A stretch of DNA of 58,463 nucleotides, taken from Octopus bimaculoides (taxonomy: Eukaryota). The position numbers were made by a program, and so were the translations under genes. The stretch covers positions 2,584,631 through 2,643,093 of the forward strand of contig NC_068986.1 of assembly GCF_001194135.2 (NCBI RefSeq), written 5' to 3'. Under the pieces are notes generated by a model. The model was given only the letters and a program-made list of their open reading frames with translations, made no database searches and was not told the DNA's origin. Shown here piece after piece: positions 39,504-51,752 of the stretch (the first letter of the stretch is position 1; the number at the start of each line of letters is the position of its first letter).

Positions 39504-39861
39504 TATTCCTCAGGCTGCTTCTCATTCATATTTGAACAACTGTTTCTAATTTATGCATACAGCCAGTAATTTTGAAGGGAGGGTGGAGGGGTTAGTGAAC
39601 ACCATTGACCCTTGTACTTGACAAGTATTTTATTTTATTTGTCCTGGAGAGATGAACAACAAAGTTGACCTTGGCAGGATTTGAAAATCAGAATGTAAAG
39701 AGTTGAAATAAATACCACAAGGCATTTTTTGAGACAGTCTTTTGTGATTCTGTACATCTTAACAAAAATATCATTGCAATCGCAAATAAATCCAAAATTA
39801 AAAGTTTCTATGGAAGAAGAAACAGACACTAAAAAAAAAAAAGACAAGAAAAGCAGCTTAC

Positions 39862-39995
39862 TTTCAGGTTAGATGGATCTTGTGGGCCGCCATAAGCAAT
39901 ATTCAGTTGGTAAAACCCAAAAATACAAGTTGCCCCCAAAACAGTGCCAAATGTGATTCTTTTAATAAGGCTTTTTCGGGGTCGTTTCGTTGAGC
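39862..39995 (-). CDS. Coding exon 2 of a nuclear-encoded mitochondrial membrane protein (GSTKRPRKSLIKRITFGTVLGATCIFGFYQLNIAYGGPQDPSNLK)
   Basis: ttttattctctgttcaag| acceptor and aaa|gtaagc donor, 134 nt, phase 1-0. Continues exon 41050-40948 in frame. Encodes a basic stretch followed by one hydrophobic helix. Confidence 0.8.
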
Positions 39996-40947
39996 CTTGA
40001 ACAGAGAATAAAAATGAATTGTTATTGTTTACCTGATAATATTTATTCTTGATAATACTTTTACTTTTTTATTTTTTTCCCCAAAATGCTAGTCTGTAAC
40101 CCCCCCCCCTCTGTCTCTCTATGTTTTACCTCTTTCCTTAGATTAGAAGTCATGACCTCATTTCAAATCTTCAGATGACTCATTTCTAGCTTAGCTACAA
40201 CCAACCACCAGTGTATTTCTCTTGGATTATCCTCTGTGTAGTTAAGAAGCCTACTTCCAAGCATCTTGGATTTAGTCCCACAGTGCAGCGCTTTGAACAA
40301 ATGTCTTCTACTATAGGCCCAGGCCAATCAAACCTTGTGAATGGATTTGGTAGACAGAAACTAAAAGAAGTCTGTCACACACACACACAGATATATACAA
40401 GGGGTTACTGAAAATTTCTTGGCTTTAGGTAAAAGAAAATGCAAGAGGATCAATTAACTATGATTTTATTCTACATATTCCCCTCTCAGATTCACACACT
40501 TATTGCAGTGGTCCTTAAGTTTTTCTAAGCCCTGTAAAAGAACTCAGAAGGTTGGGCCTCCAGTCAGGCCTTTTGCAATACCCTTTAAGCCAGGAACTTT
40601 TCAGCACCCTCTCATAGTAGAAAACACTTGCCCAAGGTGCCATGCAGTGGGACTGAACCCAAAACCACATGACTGGGATACAAGCTTCTTAACCAAACAG
40701 CCATACTCACACCTGAAACATTACGTATTAACTGTAATAACAGACAAGAAACTTAGTGGGTTTTACACAAATGGATGTCAAACTATAACACAGATATTTT
40801 AGTGCCATTCAAATGAAGACCAAAAACACTCTAACACATATCATTTACATATATTTCCACCATGTTCTCTACCATTCTCTGAATATATAATTACAAGAAA
40901 CAGATGCAAATAACAGTGCCATTTTTTGTCTTTAAAGTTCTACTTAC

Positions 40948-41050
40948 CTGTTGACTGAAGCCGACATGTCTGAGTTAGTTTGGTGAAGAGTCTGATGGTC
41001 AACAGAGGAGAACGGTAGGTTTTAGCTACTAAATATCGCAGAGACATCAT
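40948..41050 (-). CDS. Coding exon 1 (exon 40948-41067): mitochondrial presequence MMSLRYLVAKTYRSPLLTIRLFTKLTQTCRLQST
   Basis: T16-cag| acceptor (exon start 41067) and cag|gtaagt donor (exon end 40948). The peptide is R/K/S/T/L-rich with no acidic residues and ends RLQST, a typical R-2/R-3 cleavage context. Confidence 0.82.
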
Positions 41051-42572
41051 TGCTTGGCTTTAGTTTTCTGAAAAAAAAAAAAAAAATTATAAATAAGTAA
41101 AGAAATATAATTGGCAGTTGATTGGATTTACAGAATGTCAAACACCTGCCTTTTGATAACTGTTTTGGTTCTTTGAATTCTGAGCACAAATAACTTTGCA
41201 TTTCACCCTTCGTGATGCCAATGTATAAAGCACCAGTCAAATACTGAAGTCAATTCCTCTCTCTCTCACCCTCTCTCTTTCTTTCTCTCTCTCTCTTTCT
41301 TTCTCTCAGAATCAGCAACACAGTGCAGAGAGGGTTGTGGTGGACTACTCATAGTATTCTCTTCCTCCAAGAAACTGAGGCTAAGAGTTGCCTTCCTCTT
41401 CTGCAAAACCATCCAAAGAAACCAAGGAATATGGCATGGACAGACCAGTGTGCTCTATGACACAAAAAGGTTGAAGAGAAAATTAGTTTTCCTCCCTTCT
41501 TTAGGAATATAAAACTAACAGAAATCCTCTCATAAGTCAGTTAGTCTGATTAACTCTTATGAGCATATTTCTAATGAAAGACATTACCTATGTATTTCAA
41601 GTAATATTTGAAAACAGTCAAGAATTTGGAGAGATTCCTGAAAATAACTACTTTTGCATTATTAAGCAGAAGTTTGGAACATAACAAAAGGTTTGAATTT
41701 TAGATATGAACAGTTTCAACCAAGAAGTTTTGTAATTGTAGTCAAAGGCAGCATGAAGCAGATTGGTAGGAAAAGGGTTAAAAAAAGAATTGTATTCTAC
41801 TTGCTTGGTTCTATTGAGACCAAATTCAACGTTAGTTGTAGCTAGTCTCACAACCTGCACTGGGAAAATTCCTCTCCAAGATGCAAGCCTATGTAATTTC
41901 CTTTTTTCCTGAGTAGTTAAGAAGCTTACTTTGCAACCACATGGTTTCTGGTTCAGCCCCACTCTGGTGCAGCACCTCAGGCAGGTGTCTTCTACTGTGA
42001 CCTGGGTCAACCAATATCTTGTGGGTGAATTTGGTAGAAGGAAACTGTGCAGAAGCCTGTAGTGTGTGTGTTTATGCTTATCCCCTCACAACTTGACGAC
42101 TGGTGTTGGTTTGTTTACGTGTGCAGAACCTAGTGATTCAGCGAAAGAGATATGCTGTGCCGGTGGCATATAAAAAGCACAAACTATACTCTCAGAGTGG
42201 TTGGCATTAGGAAAGGCATCCAGCTTTAGAAATATTGCCAGATCAGACTGGCGCCTGGTGCAGCCTCCTGGTTTTCCAGACTCCAGTCGAACCGTCCAAC
42301 CCATGCCAGCATGGAAAACAGATGTTAAACGATGATGATGATGATACTATGATTATTATTATTACATGCTATTATTATTAGCTTTATGTGTATTTCAAGA
42401 TCCAGTCCAAGAAAAGCCAAACAGAATTATTTGACATTCTTTCAAAAAAAGTTTAAAATCTCTTATGACTTCCACAGTGCCAGGTTTACCATTGTGCTTA
42501 GGTGAGCTGGCCACATAAAGGGCCCCATAACTTAACTAGCACAGGGCTTCATTCGTCCAAAATCCAGCACTG

Positions 42573-42607
<35 letters not shown>

Positions 42608-42611
<4 letters not shown>

Positions 42612-44013
42612 GAGAAGTTTCAGGTGTGGAAGCAAGGTCTAGAATTGAAGGGCCTTAGAGTCAACCTAGCTAAAACCAAAATCCTAATAAGTAGGAAGGT
42701 AGATAAAACACAAACCCCTTCAGGTAGATGGCCCTGCTCAGTATGTAGAAAAGGAGTAGGTAGTAACTCTATAAGATGTACCCGGTGCAAGCTATGGACA
42801 CATAAGAGGTGCAGCAACATCAAAGGCAGGTTAACTAGCAAGTTAGTTTTTGTTTGTGGCAGATGTTCAGGTGCAATAAAGACTGTAAACAAACAGGAAA
42901 CAACTTCTATCTCATTCCAGGGTGAAAAACTAGAGGTAGTCGATAGCTTCCGCTATCTGGGCGACCAAGTTAGTAGNNNNNNNNNNNNNNNNNNNNNNNN
43001 NNNNNNNNNNNNNNNNNNNNNNNNNNNNNNNNNNNNNNNNNNNNNNNNNNNNNNNNNNNNNNNNNNNNNNNNNNNNNNNNNNNNNNNNNNNNNNNNNNNN
43101 NNNNNNNNNNNNNNNNNNNNNNNNNNNNNNNNNNNNNNNNNNNNNNNNNNNNNNNNNNNNNNNNNNNNNNNNNNNNNNNNNNNNNNNNNNNNNNNNNNNN
43201 NNNNNNNNNNNNNNNNNNNNNNNNNNNNNNNNNNNNNNNNNNNNNNNNNNNNNNNNNNNNNNNNNNNNNNNNNNNNNNNNNNNNNNNNNNNNNNNNNNNN
43301 NNNNNNNNNNNNNNNNNNNNNNNNNNNNNNNNNNNNNNNNNNNNNNNNNNNNNNNNNNNNNNNNNNNNNNNNNNNNNNNNNNNNNNNNNNNNNNNNNNNN
43401 NNNNNNNNNNNNNNNNNNNNNNNNNNNNNNNNNNNNNNNNNNNNNNNNNNNNNNNNNNNNNNNNNNNNNNNNNNNNNNNNNNNNNNNNNNNNNNNNNNNN
43501 NNNNNNNNNNNNNNNNNNNNNNNNNNNNNNNNNNNNNNNNNNNNNNNNNNNNNNNNNNNNNNNNNNNNNNNNNNNNNNNNNNNNNNNNNNNNNNNNNNNN
43601 NNNNNNNNNNNNNNNNNNNNNNNNNNNNNNNNNNNNNNNNNNNNNNNNNNNNNNNNNNNNNNNNNNNNNNNNNNNNNNNNNNNNNNNNNNNNNNNNNNNN
43701 NNNNNNNNNNNNNNNNNNNNNNNNNNNNNNNNNNNNNNNNNNNNNNNNNNNNNNNNNNNNNNNNNNNNNNNNNNNNNNNNNNNNNNNNNGGCACATAAAA
43801 GACACCATTTCGAGCGTGGCCGTTTTCGTGCGGGTGACACGTAAAAGCACCCACTACACTCTCTGAGTGGTTGGCGTTAGGAAGGGCATCCAGCTGTAGA
43901 AACTCTGCCAAATTAGATTGGAGCCTGGTGTTGCCATCCGGTTTCACCAGTCCTCAGTCAAATCGTCCAACCCATGCTAGCATGGAAAGCGGACGTTAAA
44001 CGATGATGATGAT
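42608..44013 (+). mobile_element. 5'-truncated young RTE LINE inserted in (TA)n/(GA)n, centre gapped (42977-43789)
   Basis: Intact frame EEKFQVWKQGLELKGLRVNLAKTKIL...YLGDQVS. 3'UTR and (GAT)n tail present. Confidence 0.92.
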
Positions 44014-45499
44014 ATATATATATATATATATATAGGGGGGATATACAAAAAATAACAACAGACGAGGACAGGTGGTGTAAATAACAAAAGTAAGATGCCA
44101 GCATGGAAAATGGACATTAAATGATGATGATGGTTTTGTAGTTATAAGATTATAAAACCTGTGAACATTAATTAAAGAGTCAGATGTTATTAATAATTTT
44201 ATTGCCAGTGACTTTATTTTGCCAGTAGCTGGTGTCATGGCATACACACCCATTACCCATTTTTTCATCTTTGATGTCAGTGTTGTTTACATCAGGTGTC
44301 TTGGATACAAAATGTCACAGCTGTAGAAGCCAAGCCAAGCCAGACTGGAACCTGGTGTAGCTCCCCAGCTTGCCAGATCTGGTCAATTTGTCCAACCCAT
44401 GCCAGCGGGGAAAACGGACATTAAAGGATGATCTTGATGATGATGATGATGATGATATCTTTTTCTGAGGACATTTGGTCAACATTCCAACTTCATGCAA
44501 TTGTAAAGTGAAATACTTTGTTCTCTCCCTCTCTCTCTTTGCGACTGTGTTTATATGAATGTAATATAACGCTATTATTGAAATGTCAATGCTTACTTGC
44601 CCTTTACTCAACTTCTCTCTCCTTAAATAAACATAGTTACCATACAATACCTAATGAGCAACATTCCATTTTTGGAACATAAAATGGTATTCATAAAAAG
44701 CACAAATATCAACACACATCCATGAGAATGTTAATGTACATTCGTAAATATTGGTATAAATTTAACTTTTGTTAAATATTTCCCATTTGGACATTTTGTT
44801 TTGCTGTTTTTTTTTCTTCTCTTTTCTTTTGAACTCAAATGATTACTCAGTTTAATTCACTTTAAATTCTCTTTCAGCTGTTCATCATTTCTGCTTCCTG
44901 TTTTAGTTTAATGTACATAATTGTGTGTAAAGTAACATTTTGCAAGGACAAAAAAGAAAGAAAGAATGAATGAATGAATGTGCATGCGTGTATGCGACGT
45001 TTATACCCAAATTCTTGTTGCTGTACATTACTAAAAACCAGTTTCTACTAACAATACATTAAAGAAACATCAAGGCCAGCCATCGTCATGTGAGTAAGCT
45101 TAGTTTGGGTTAGAACGAGTTTCTATAAAGTTAGCTCGACCTGGTAGAAACAGGAGCCAAATTTCCATCAAATCATATTCATCTTAGAAAAGCGAAGAGC
45201 ACATTGGATAGAGCAATCCTAGATACCTTACAGAGTTGACCTGCAGCTAAACAGTAACAACACCTTAATTTAAACCCAGAAAGACGTGTTGGTGGTATTT
45301 TCTGTTTACTGTTCAATAAATCGATTACTCTCATAGTAAAGATTCAGAGAAAGATACAGCACACCACACTCTAACTCTTTGACATTCATCTTTAATTAAT
45401 CGCTTAATAATTTATTTCTGAAGCAGACACAAAAATTCACATTTGTTACAGCAACAGAAGTGAGATGATGTTATGTTTATGCTTTCCATCCATCCCTAG

Positions 45500-47300
45500 G
45501 ACAATTGATATAAACGAAATGAATTGGAATGGGTCCAGAGTTGGCTGTCCTAACAGCTTCGCTTGCTTATGAAGCTGTTATACAAGTCTAGAAAGTTGAC
45601 ATTTTTTTGAAATAAAGTTTACCGCATTTTGGTGTATGTGTGTGAAGAAAAATGTAGATAAGGTAACTACACGCACTGTTGCGCATTACAAGCAGGAAAC
45701 TAAACAAGTCCGGTTTTATTGATTTAAAACATTATTTCCACTCCTAAATTACCGCGGGAAATTCCTAAACTGCAAAAGATATAATTTGCTACTTTGATCA
45801 ATTTGTAAAACGGTAAAGATTTGTTTACAAACTGATAAAATCCAGCATAAAATACACATACACGCAACAAACAGATAAAAGGATCGATACTGTAGAAAAA
45901 GAGCGCAACGAAGCACCAAATTAACGCAAATAAAGCAATACTTACATCGGTTAAGAATGACAAATATAAAAACTACTGCCGACTAGGTTATATCAAGGAG
46001 ATTGGTCAGACAGACTTTAAAAGAGGAACCAACTAATTTGACAGCAACGTGACAATGACACTTATCTACACAACAATGGTTTATTTATAATTAGATTATA
46101 TCATATTCCAAAGTTCAAATAAAGGCATATAATGTGTGTGTGTGTGTGTGAATATATATTATGTGTGTACGCGTGTGGAAATATGCGGTCGTTATGTTCA
46201 AAACTACAGGCGAGTCTTTGACGCTTGAAAATGGTATTAGAGCACCTCAGAGAAAATAATACTTATGTAAGGTTTTAAATAAAAGTATATGATAAGATTT
46301 TTATTTAAGTACCGCTTACAATAAACAACATAATTATGTTCTTCATCCGTTCCTGTACAACAGAATAAAATACCGGTCAAATACTGGGACGACGGAATTG
46401 GTTAACCCACCCAACACTCAAAATTGCAGGACTTGTGCTAGTTTTTCAGCTTTTCCGAGTCGATAAAATAAAGTACCAGTCAACTAACAGGGTCGATATC
46501 ATCGACTAACTACCTTTCCCTAAAATCATTTGCCCGTTGAAAAATGTTGAAACATTTATTATTGCCTAATAAGTATCTTCTTGAAAAATATGTATTGTGA
46601 ACGTATCTCTGTATCTAACAGCTTTCAAATGTTCTATGGGCTTAAACAAATCTCACCGTTTCTGATGATATACAGACTGAATGTGTGCCGATGGGTGATA
46701 TATATGAGGGTTTTAGTTTATTTTTAATGTATAATTGAGCAATATTGCTGAATAGTCACGAGGCCCTATTCTATAGAACATGCAACTGTGACGGTTACAT
46801 CTTACTGAAGGGTATCAGCGACTTAAATAAATTAATAAGCACGGAAACCGGTTTGTCCTTCGGCTCGCCGGGTAGTTAACCCTAACCCTATCTTCCCGGC
46901 ACTCAATACGGTGGGTTTCTAGTTATATATTGCAGACATACCAGCATCACACTCTATACTATATTTAGAAAGTTGTCAGATTCTTCGTAAATTAAAATGC
47001 TGATAATATACACACGTACCTTGTTCGTTGTTTAGAACCTGTTTTTTCTACTACAAGAAAAAGAAAGACTGTTAGAGATGAGTGTTTGGCAGTTCCTGTT
47101 ACTTCGAATATTCACTGAAAGTTTTCCTCGGCAATTTTCAGTTATTGATAAAGATTAATCTCATATCCTCAAAGAACTAGCGGACACCTTGTTTACATGA
47201 TGACGAGGTCACCGAGACAGCGTGGAATCTATGTAAGGGAGGCAACCACGCGAATTAAGTGGAAGCAATTCAAGCTCAAATCTCTCACTCCACACATCTA
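45500..47300 (-). promoter_or_regulatory. CpG-enriched promoter/first exon region of the mitochondrial gene; non-coding exon 1 ends at 47020
   Basis: CpG density is high relative to the flanks. Strong minus-strand donor aacaag|gtacgt at 47020; second donor ccgat|gtaagt at 45946. Confidence 0.55.
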
Positions 47301-49161
47301 TCTATCTGTCTTTCTTTCCTTCTTTCTTCTTTTCTTTTTTGCCTCTTTCTTTTTCTCTTCTTTCCTCCCCCTCTATTTTTCTCTCTCTGTGTTTCTCTCA
47401 CTCTCTATTTGTCTCTGTCCCTTTCTTTCTTTCCTTAAGAGATGCCCTTGACCTTTCCACATCCGGCTAGACTGGGAAGGTTAATGCGGCGTATACGAAG
47501 CCATAACTATCTCCAGGTCAATATATCCATTAGAAAATTATTGGAGGAGACGGGTGATTGGAACAGAGTTACAGACTCACAAATATAAAGTACATACATT
47601 ATTTAAGAATTTTTTCGAAACTGATTTCTAATTTCCCTTTTAATCTGTTATGATAAAAATAAAATTTCAGAAATTTATCATTTTATCGATCACTTAATTT
47701 TTCATTTGTTTTGGCTAAGCAGGTTATTTTTGGAAATGCTGTGACCTTTCTGCTTTCCCTTTAGGTAAAATATAATGGCTAGGCTTCAACTTAGAATCAA
47801 AGACCATAATATCTAATCGATCTACTATGAGCTCCATTGCTGCTCTATAACGCTGGCCATTTATAACAACACTATTCTTTTGAATCAACGCGGGAGCATC
47901 TGTCCAGTTCATTTGACCGGCTAGAAATAACAGTCAAATCTCTCTCAAACGACAACCCTACCATCTAGAGAAAAGAAAACATATGCTGGATAATCCGTAC
48001 ATACTCCTAAAAATGGAATGGTCATAGGTGGAATGCCTTTCATCATATGATAGAATGGCTTAATAGTTCATGTGGACATGAGTTTGATCTTACTGCATGG
48101 CATTTTGAGCAAGTGTTAGGCAGATCCAACCATGTGAGTGAAATTGAGTAGAGAGAAACTGTATGGAAACCTGTCTGATGGATTTTACCTTTAGTCTAAA
48201 GGCCCAACTTTGTTACACACTGTCTCATGACAGACACTAAAAGTGAAACAATTTACAAAGTTGAGACTTAGTTTAAACAATGTTCCCCTTAGAAATGTAA
48301 TGGCTAATGCAATGAATGGTGCTGCCTTTATGGAAGAGATGTAAGGGGCTCATTGATTACTTTAAAAACACTGTTGTCTAATGTTCTTTGAATACACTGC
48401 ATAGTTTGCTATCAACATTTGGTTGGAAACAATTGGAAGGGCATATTTGATTGGTTTTATTTGCTGGGTCTGGATGAAGAGGAACCGCCTGTGGCCTTTG
48501 CTGACTTTCCTAGACAAATGAGATTGATACCGTCAGTTAATGCTCTTTTTGGACCTTTTGTAAATCACCACCTGAAGGATAAACATGAGCAAGAAGGGAA
48601 TTTCAGAGAGCAGATGTTCTGAGAAGGAAGGGTTGGATGTAGTGACATGTACAGGATTTGGGCAGGGGAAAGAGTTGGATACAACAAGGATGATGTGAGG
48701 AAGAGAGATGAGTTACAAGAATGTCTGGGCAGAGGAGAGATGAGCTTAGCCAACTCTGAGTAACAAAGTGTATTATAGTTGTGATAGAAAGCAAAGCGGA
48801 GAAAGGCAACATACTTGAGGTCTAGAAGCTGGAGTGTGTCTATGAGTAACTTTATGCCTTTACTATAGTTCAGTGATGTCTTTTGCAGGATCTTTGTGAC
48901 AAAAATGACAAGATCAAATGCCTATGGATATGATGTAAGGTGTAATGGCTATCAAAAAGTAATTACCTTTGTTATTTTGTGTCATTTCCAATAGTAAGTA
49001 GCTTGGTGACCAGCTACTTATGATGTTTTTACCTCTCATTTATATTTCAAGGAGAAAAACTATATTTCCCTTTCTTATCACTGATAAACTCAAATTATTC
49101 AGAGTCAATATAAAGTGCTGCTGTTTAATACAGTTTTTGACTCTGGCTTATTATTAATACT

Positions 49162-49555
49162 GTGGAGGCGCAATGGCCCAGTAGTTAGGGCAGCAGATTC
49201 GTGGTCGTAGGATCGCAGTTTCGATTCCTAGACCAGGCGTTGTGAGTGTTTATTGATCAAAAACACCTAAAGTTCCACAAGGCTCCGGCAGGGAATGGTG
49301 GCGAACCCTGCTGAACTCTTTCACCACAACTTTCTCTCACTCTTTCTTCCTGTTTCTGTTGTACTTGTATTTCAAAGGGTCAGCCTTGTCACACTCTTAT
49401 TTCTTTACTGTCACGCTGAATATCCCCGAGAACTACGTTAAGGGTACACATGTCTGTGGAGTGCTCAGCCACTTGCACGTTAATTTCACGAGCAGGCTGC
49501 TCCGTTGATCGGATCAACTGGAACCCTCGTCGTCGTAAGCGACGGAGTGCCAACC
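49162..49555 (+). mobile_element. Full-length tRNA-headed SINE with 12-bp TSD
   Basis: Homologous to 24236-24622. TSD ATTATTAATACT at 49150-49161 and 49556-49567. Confidence 0.9.
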
Positions 49556-50269
49556 ATTATTAATACTGAACTGCAAGACTATAATCTTTCTGCAATGTTG
49601 AGTTCAGTGGAAGCATTTGTACTGTGAAATGAAAATTCAGTTCAATGACTTGCTAAAGATAAGCATTCCAAGTATAACAGTGAATCCATTTACTCTTTAG
49701 CATTCATGTAATTTTATGTGAAGTAATACTTATTTATTCATATTGTTTTGAATTAATCATGCATTATTTTGTAGCTTTGAAAGTCTGATGAGGTAACTGT
49801 TACCTTTTTGAATGATACTGTAGGGTTGGTGTGAGAGGCAAGATCTGACCAGCTGAAGCATAAAACAAGTAGAATATTTTGGATGGATATGGTCAGTTTA
49901 TAGCTCCACATTGATGAAAGACTTGAGAGTGGATTTCAAAGAGAAACTGAAAAAAGCCCATCATACCTACACGGCTACGTGTGTGTGTGTGTGTACATGA
50001 CGAGCTTCTTTCAGTTTCCGTCTGCTAAATCTATAGCCCAGGGCTATAGTAGGAGATACTTGCTCAAGTTGCCACGCAGTGGAACCGAACCCGAAACGAT
50101 AGGGATGGAAAACAAACTGAGTCCATAAGCATTAAAACCTGCAAGACACTGACATCAACTGGAAATCTCCATAGAAATAGTGATATTAACAGGCTCTATC
50201 GAAGAAGTGATAAAGGAAGTAGAGGCTTGAGATCGATGCAGACAGCCTTCAAATGTACACTTTCTCTCA

Positions 50270-51215
50270 GATAGCATTTGTTAAGCAACAACAGCAAAAA
50301 TTAATCCATTAATTTAGTGCTGAAAAGTGAAGAGAACAATATCTCATGTGTTGGCAGCGAGCTGCTCAGGAAGTACTCTCTTCCCGATGACCTCACATAC
50401 AACCCCCAAAATGCCGGGCTAGCATCCCTCAAAGACCTGGAGGTGAAACGCTCAGCATACAAAAAAAAAAAAAGACCATGCATGTGTGTGTTACCCGAAG
50501 ATTTGAAGAAGACAGTAATATTGACATGAGGCGAAGCCTTTCTTGGACTCGTGACCGCTACATCACATCACATTTTGAAGGCTATGCATTTGCAATCCAA
50601 GAACAGGAGATAAGTACTAAATCCCTAATAAACAAAAGTGACAGTGAGGCTCTTGGGGTTCCAAGATGCAATCGAAGATGTTGATTGTGTGATATTTCTG
50701 TGAAAGACATCACACATGTGAGTAGCAGCTGCCCCAAAATGTCATCAATGTACTACCTCCCTAGGCGATACGACGTCATCCGGAAAGAAAGACTGTCCTG
50801 GAATAAAATATAAAAAATCCCCTGCTATTGAAGTGAATACGAACACAAACATTGACACAAGGAACGTTCTCATCAAAACCTTGGTCGAGTGTAAGCATAA
50901 CAAGCCGGCTATTGATGTTTGGGACAAATAAGAATACGTACTGTCATAGAGGACAGCTGTCCTACTGGTATGAATATCTGTTTGAAAATGAAAGAGAAAG
51001 AAGATGACTATGAACAACTGCTTCGAAACCTCAAGTTTTTATATTTAGATTACAAATTTACATTTATAGCAATAATTATTGCACATGGTTTTGTGAATAA
51101 GTGCCTAAGTGATAGTCTGGATAAGCTTGGATTTTCAGAAAATGAAATTGCACATTACTAATGCAATCTGTAAGTGGAACAGTAAAAATATGCAAGACTT
51201 TTCTCAAGTCGTTAT
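50270..51215 (+). pseudogene. Degenerate 3' part of an RLE-encoding non-LTR retrotransposon (R4/NeSL/R2-like)
   Basis: Broken frames give EGYAFAIQEQEISTK, a CxxC...H...C knuckle (LCDISVKDITHVSSSC), KHNKP(A)IDVWDK, and KEKEDDYEQLLRNL...YKFTFIAIII. This is the typical RT-end / CCHC / PD-(D/E)xK order. Confidence 0.75.
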
Positions 51216-51559
51216 CTACATTCCAACAATGGGGCTTTGTATCTTTGTTAGAAACCAGCTCCTTTCTCAGAGAAAGAATTTAAATAACTAAAAACAGAAG
51301 AGAACATACATACATACATACATATTATAAAATGTTTGTGTTGTGTTTGTCCCCATTACCGGTATTGGTTTGTTTACGTTCCCTTAATCTAGCTATTTGG
51401 TAAAAAGAAACCAACTGAATATGTACTGGAGAAATTCGTTTGACTAAAACCCTTCAAAGCGGTACTCAGCGTGGCCGCTGTCCAATGACTGAAATAAGCA
51501 AGAGAAAATATTTAGGAGAAATAATTTATCCTGTTAAAAGACTTGCAATGCTTTCTCGA

Positions 51560-51722
51560 TTCTGATCGTGTAAATCAGGGCTTAACTGTGGTTGTCTCCC
51601 TTAGTAGGAAGTGGTGCGAATCTCTCGCGAGTTACTTTCTCTTGTGTAGCCGCTAGGTGTCGCGGCAGTCAGTAAGCTGGCGGATCAATTATGTCGGACG
51701 TTGTTTTGTTGTGTATTTTTAG
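51560..51722 (+). promoter_or_regulatory. CpG-rich proximal promoter/5'UTR with GGAAGT (51607-51612) and TCTCGCGAG (51623-51631) motifs
   Basis: Motifs read directly. Possible 51-nt 5'UTR intron 51672-51722 (ca|gtaagc ... ttttag|). Confidence 0.55.
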
Positions 51723-51752
51723 TGTGCCACGAAGACTTCTACTTTGCTTGTG

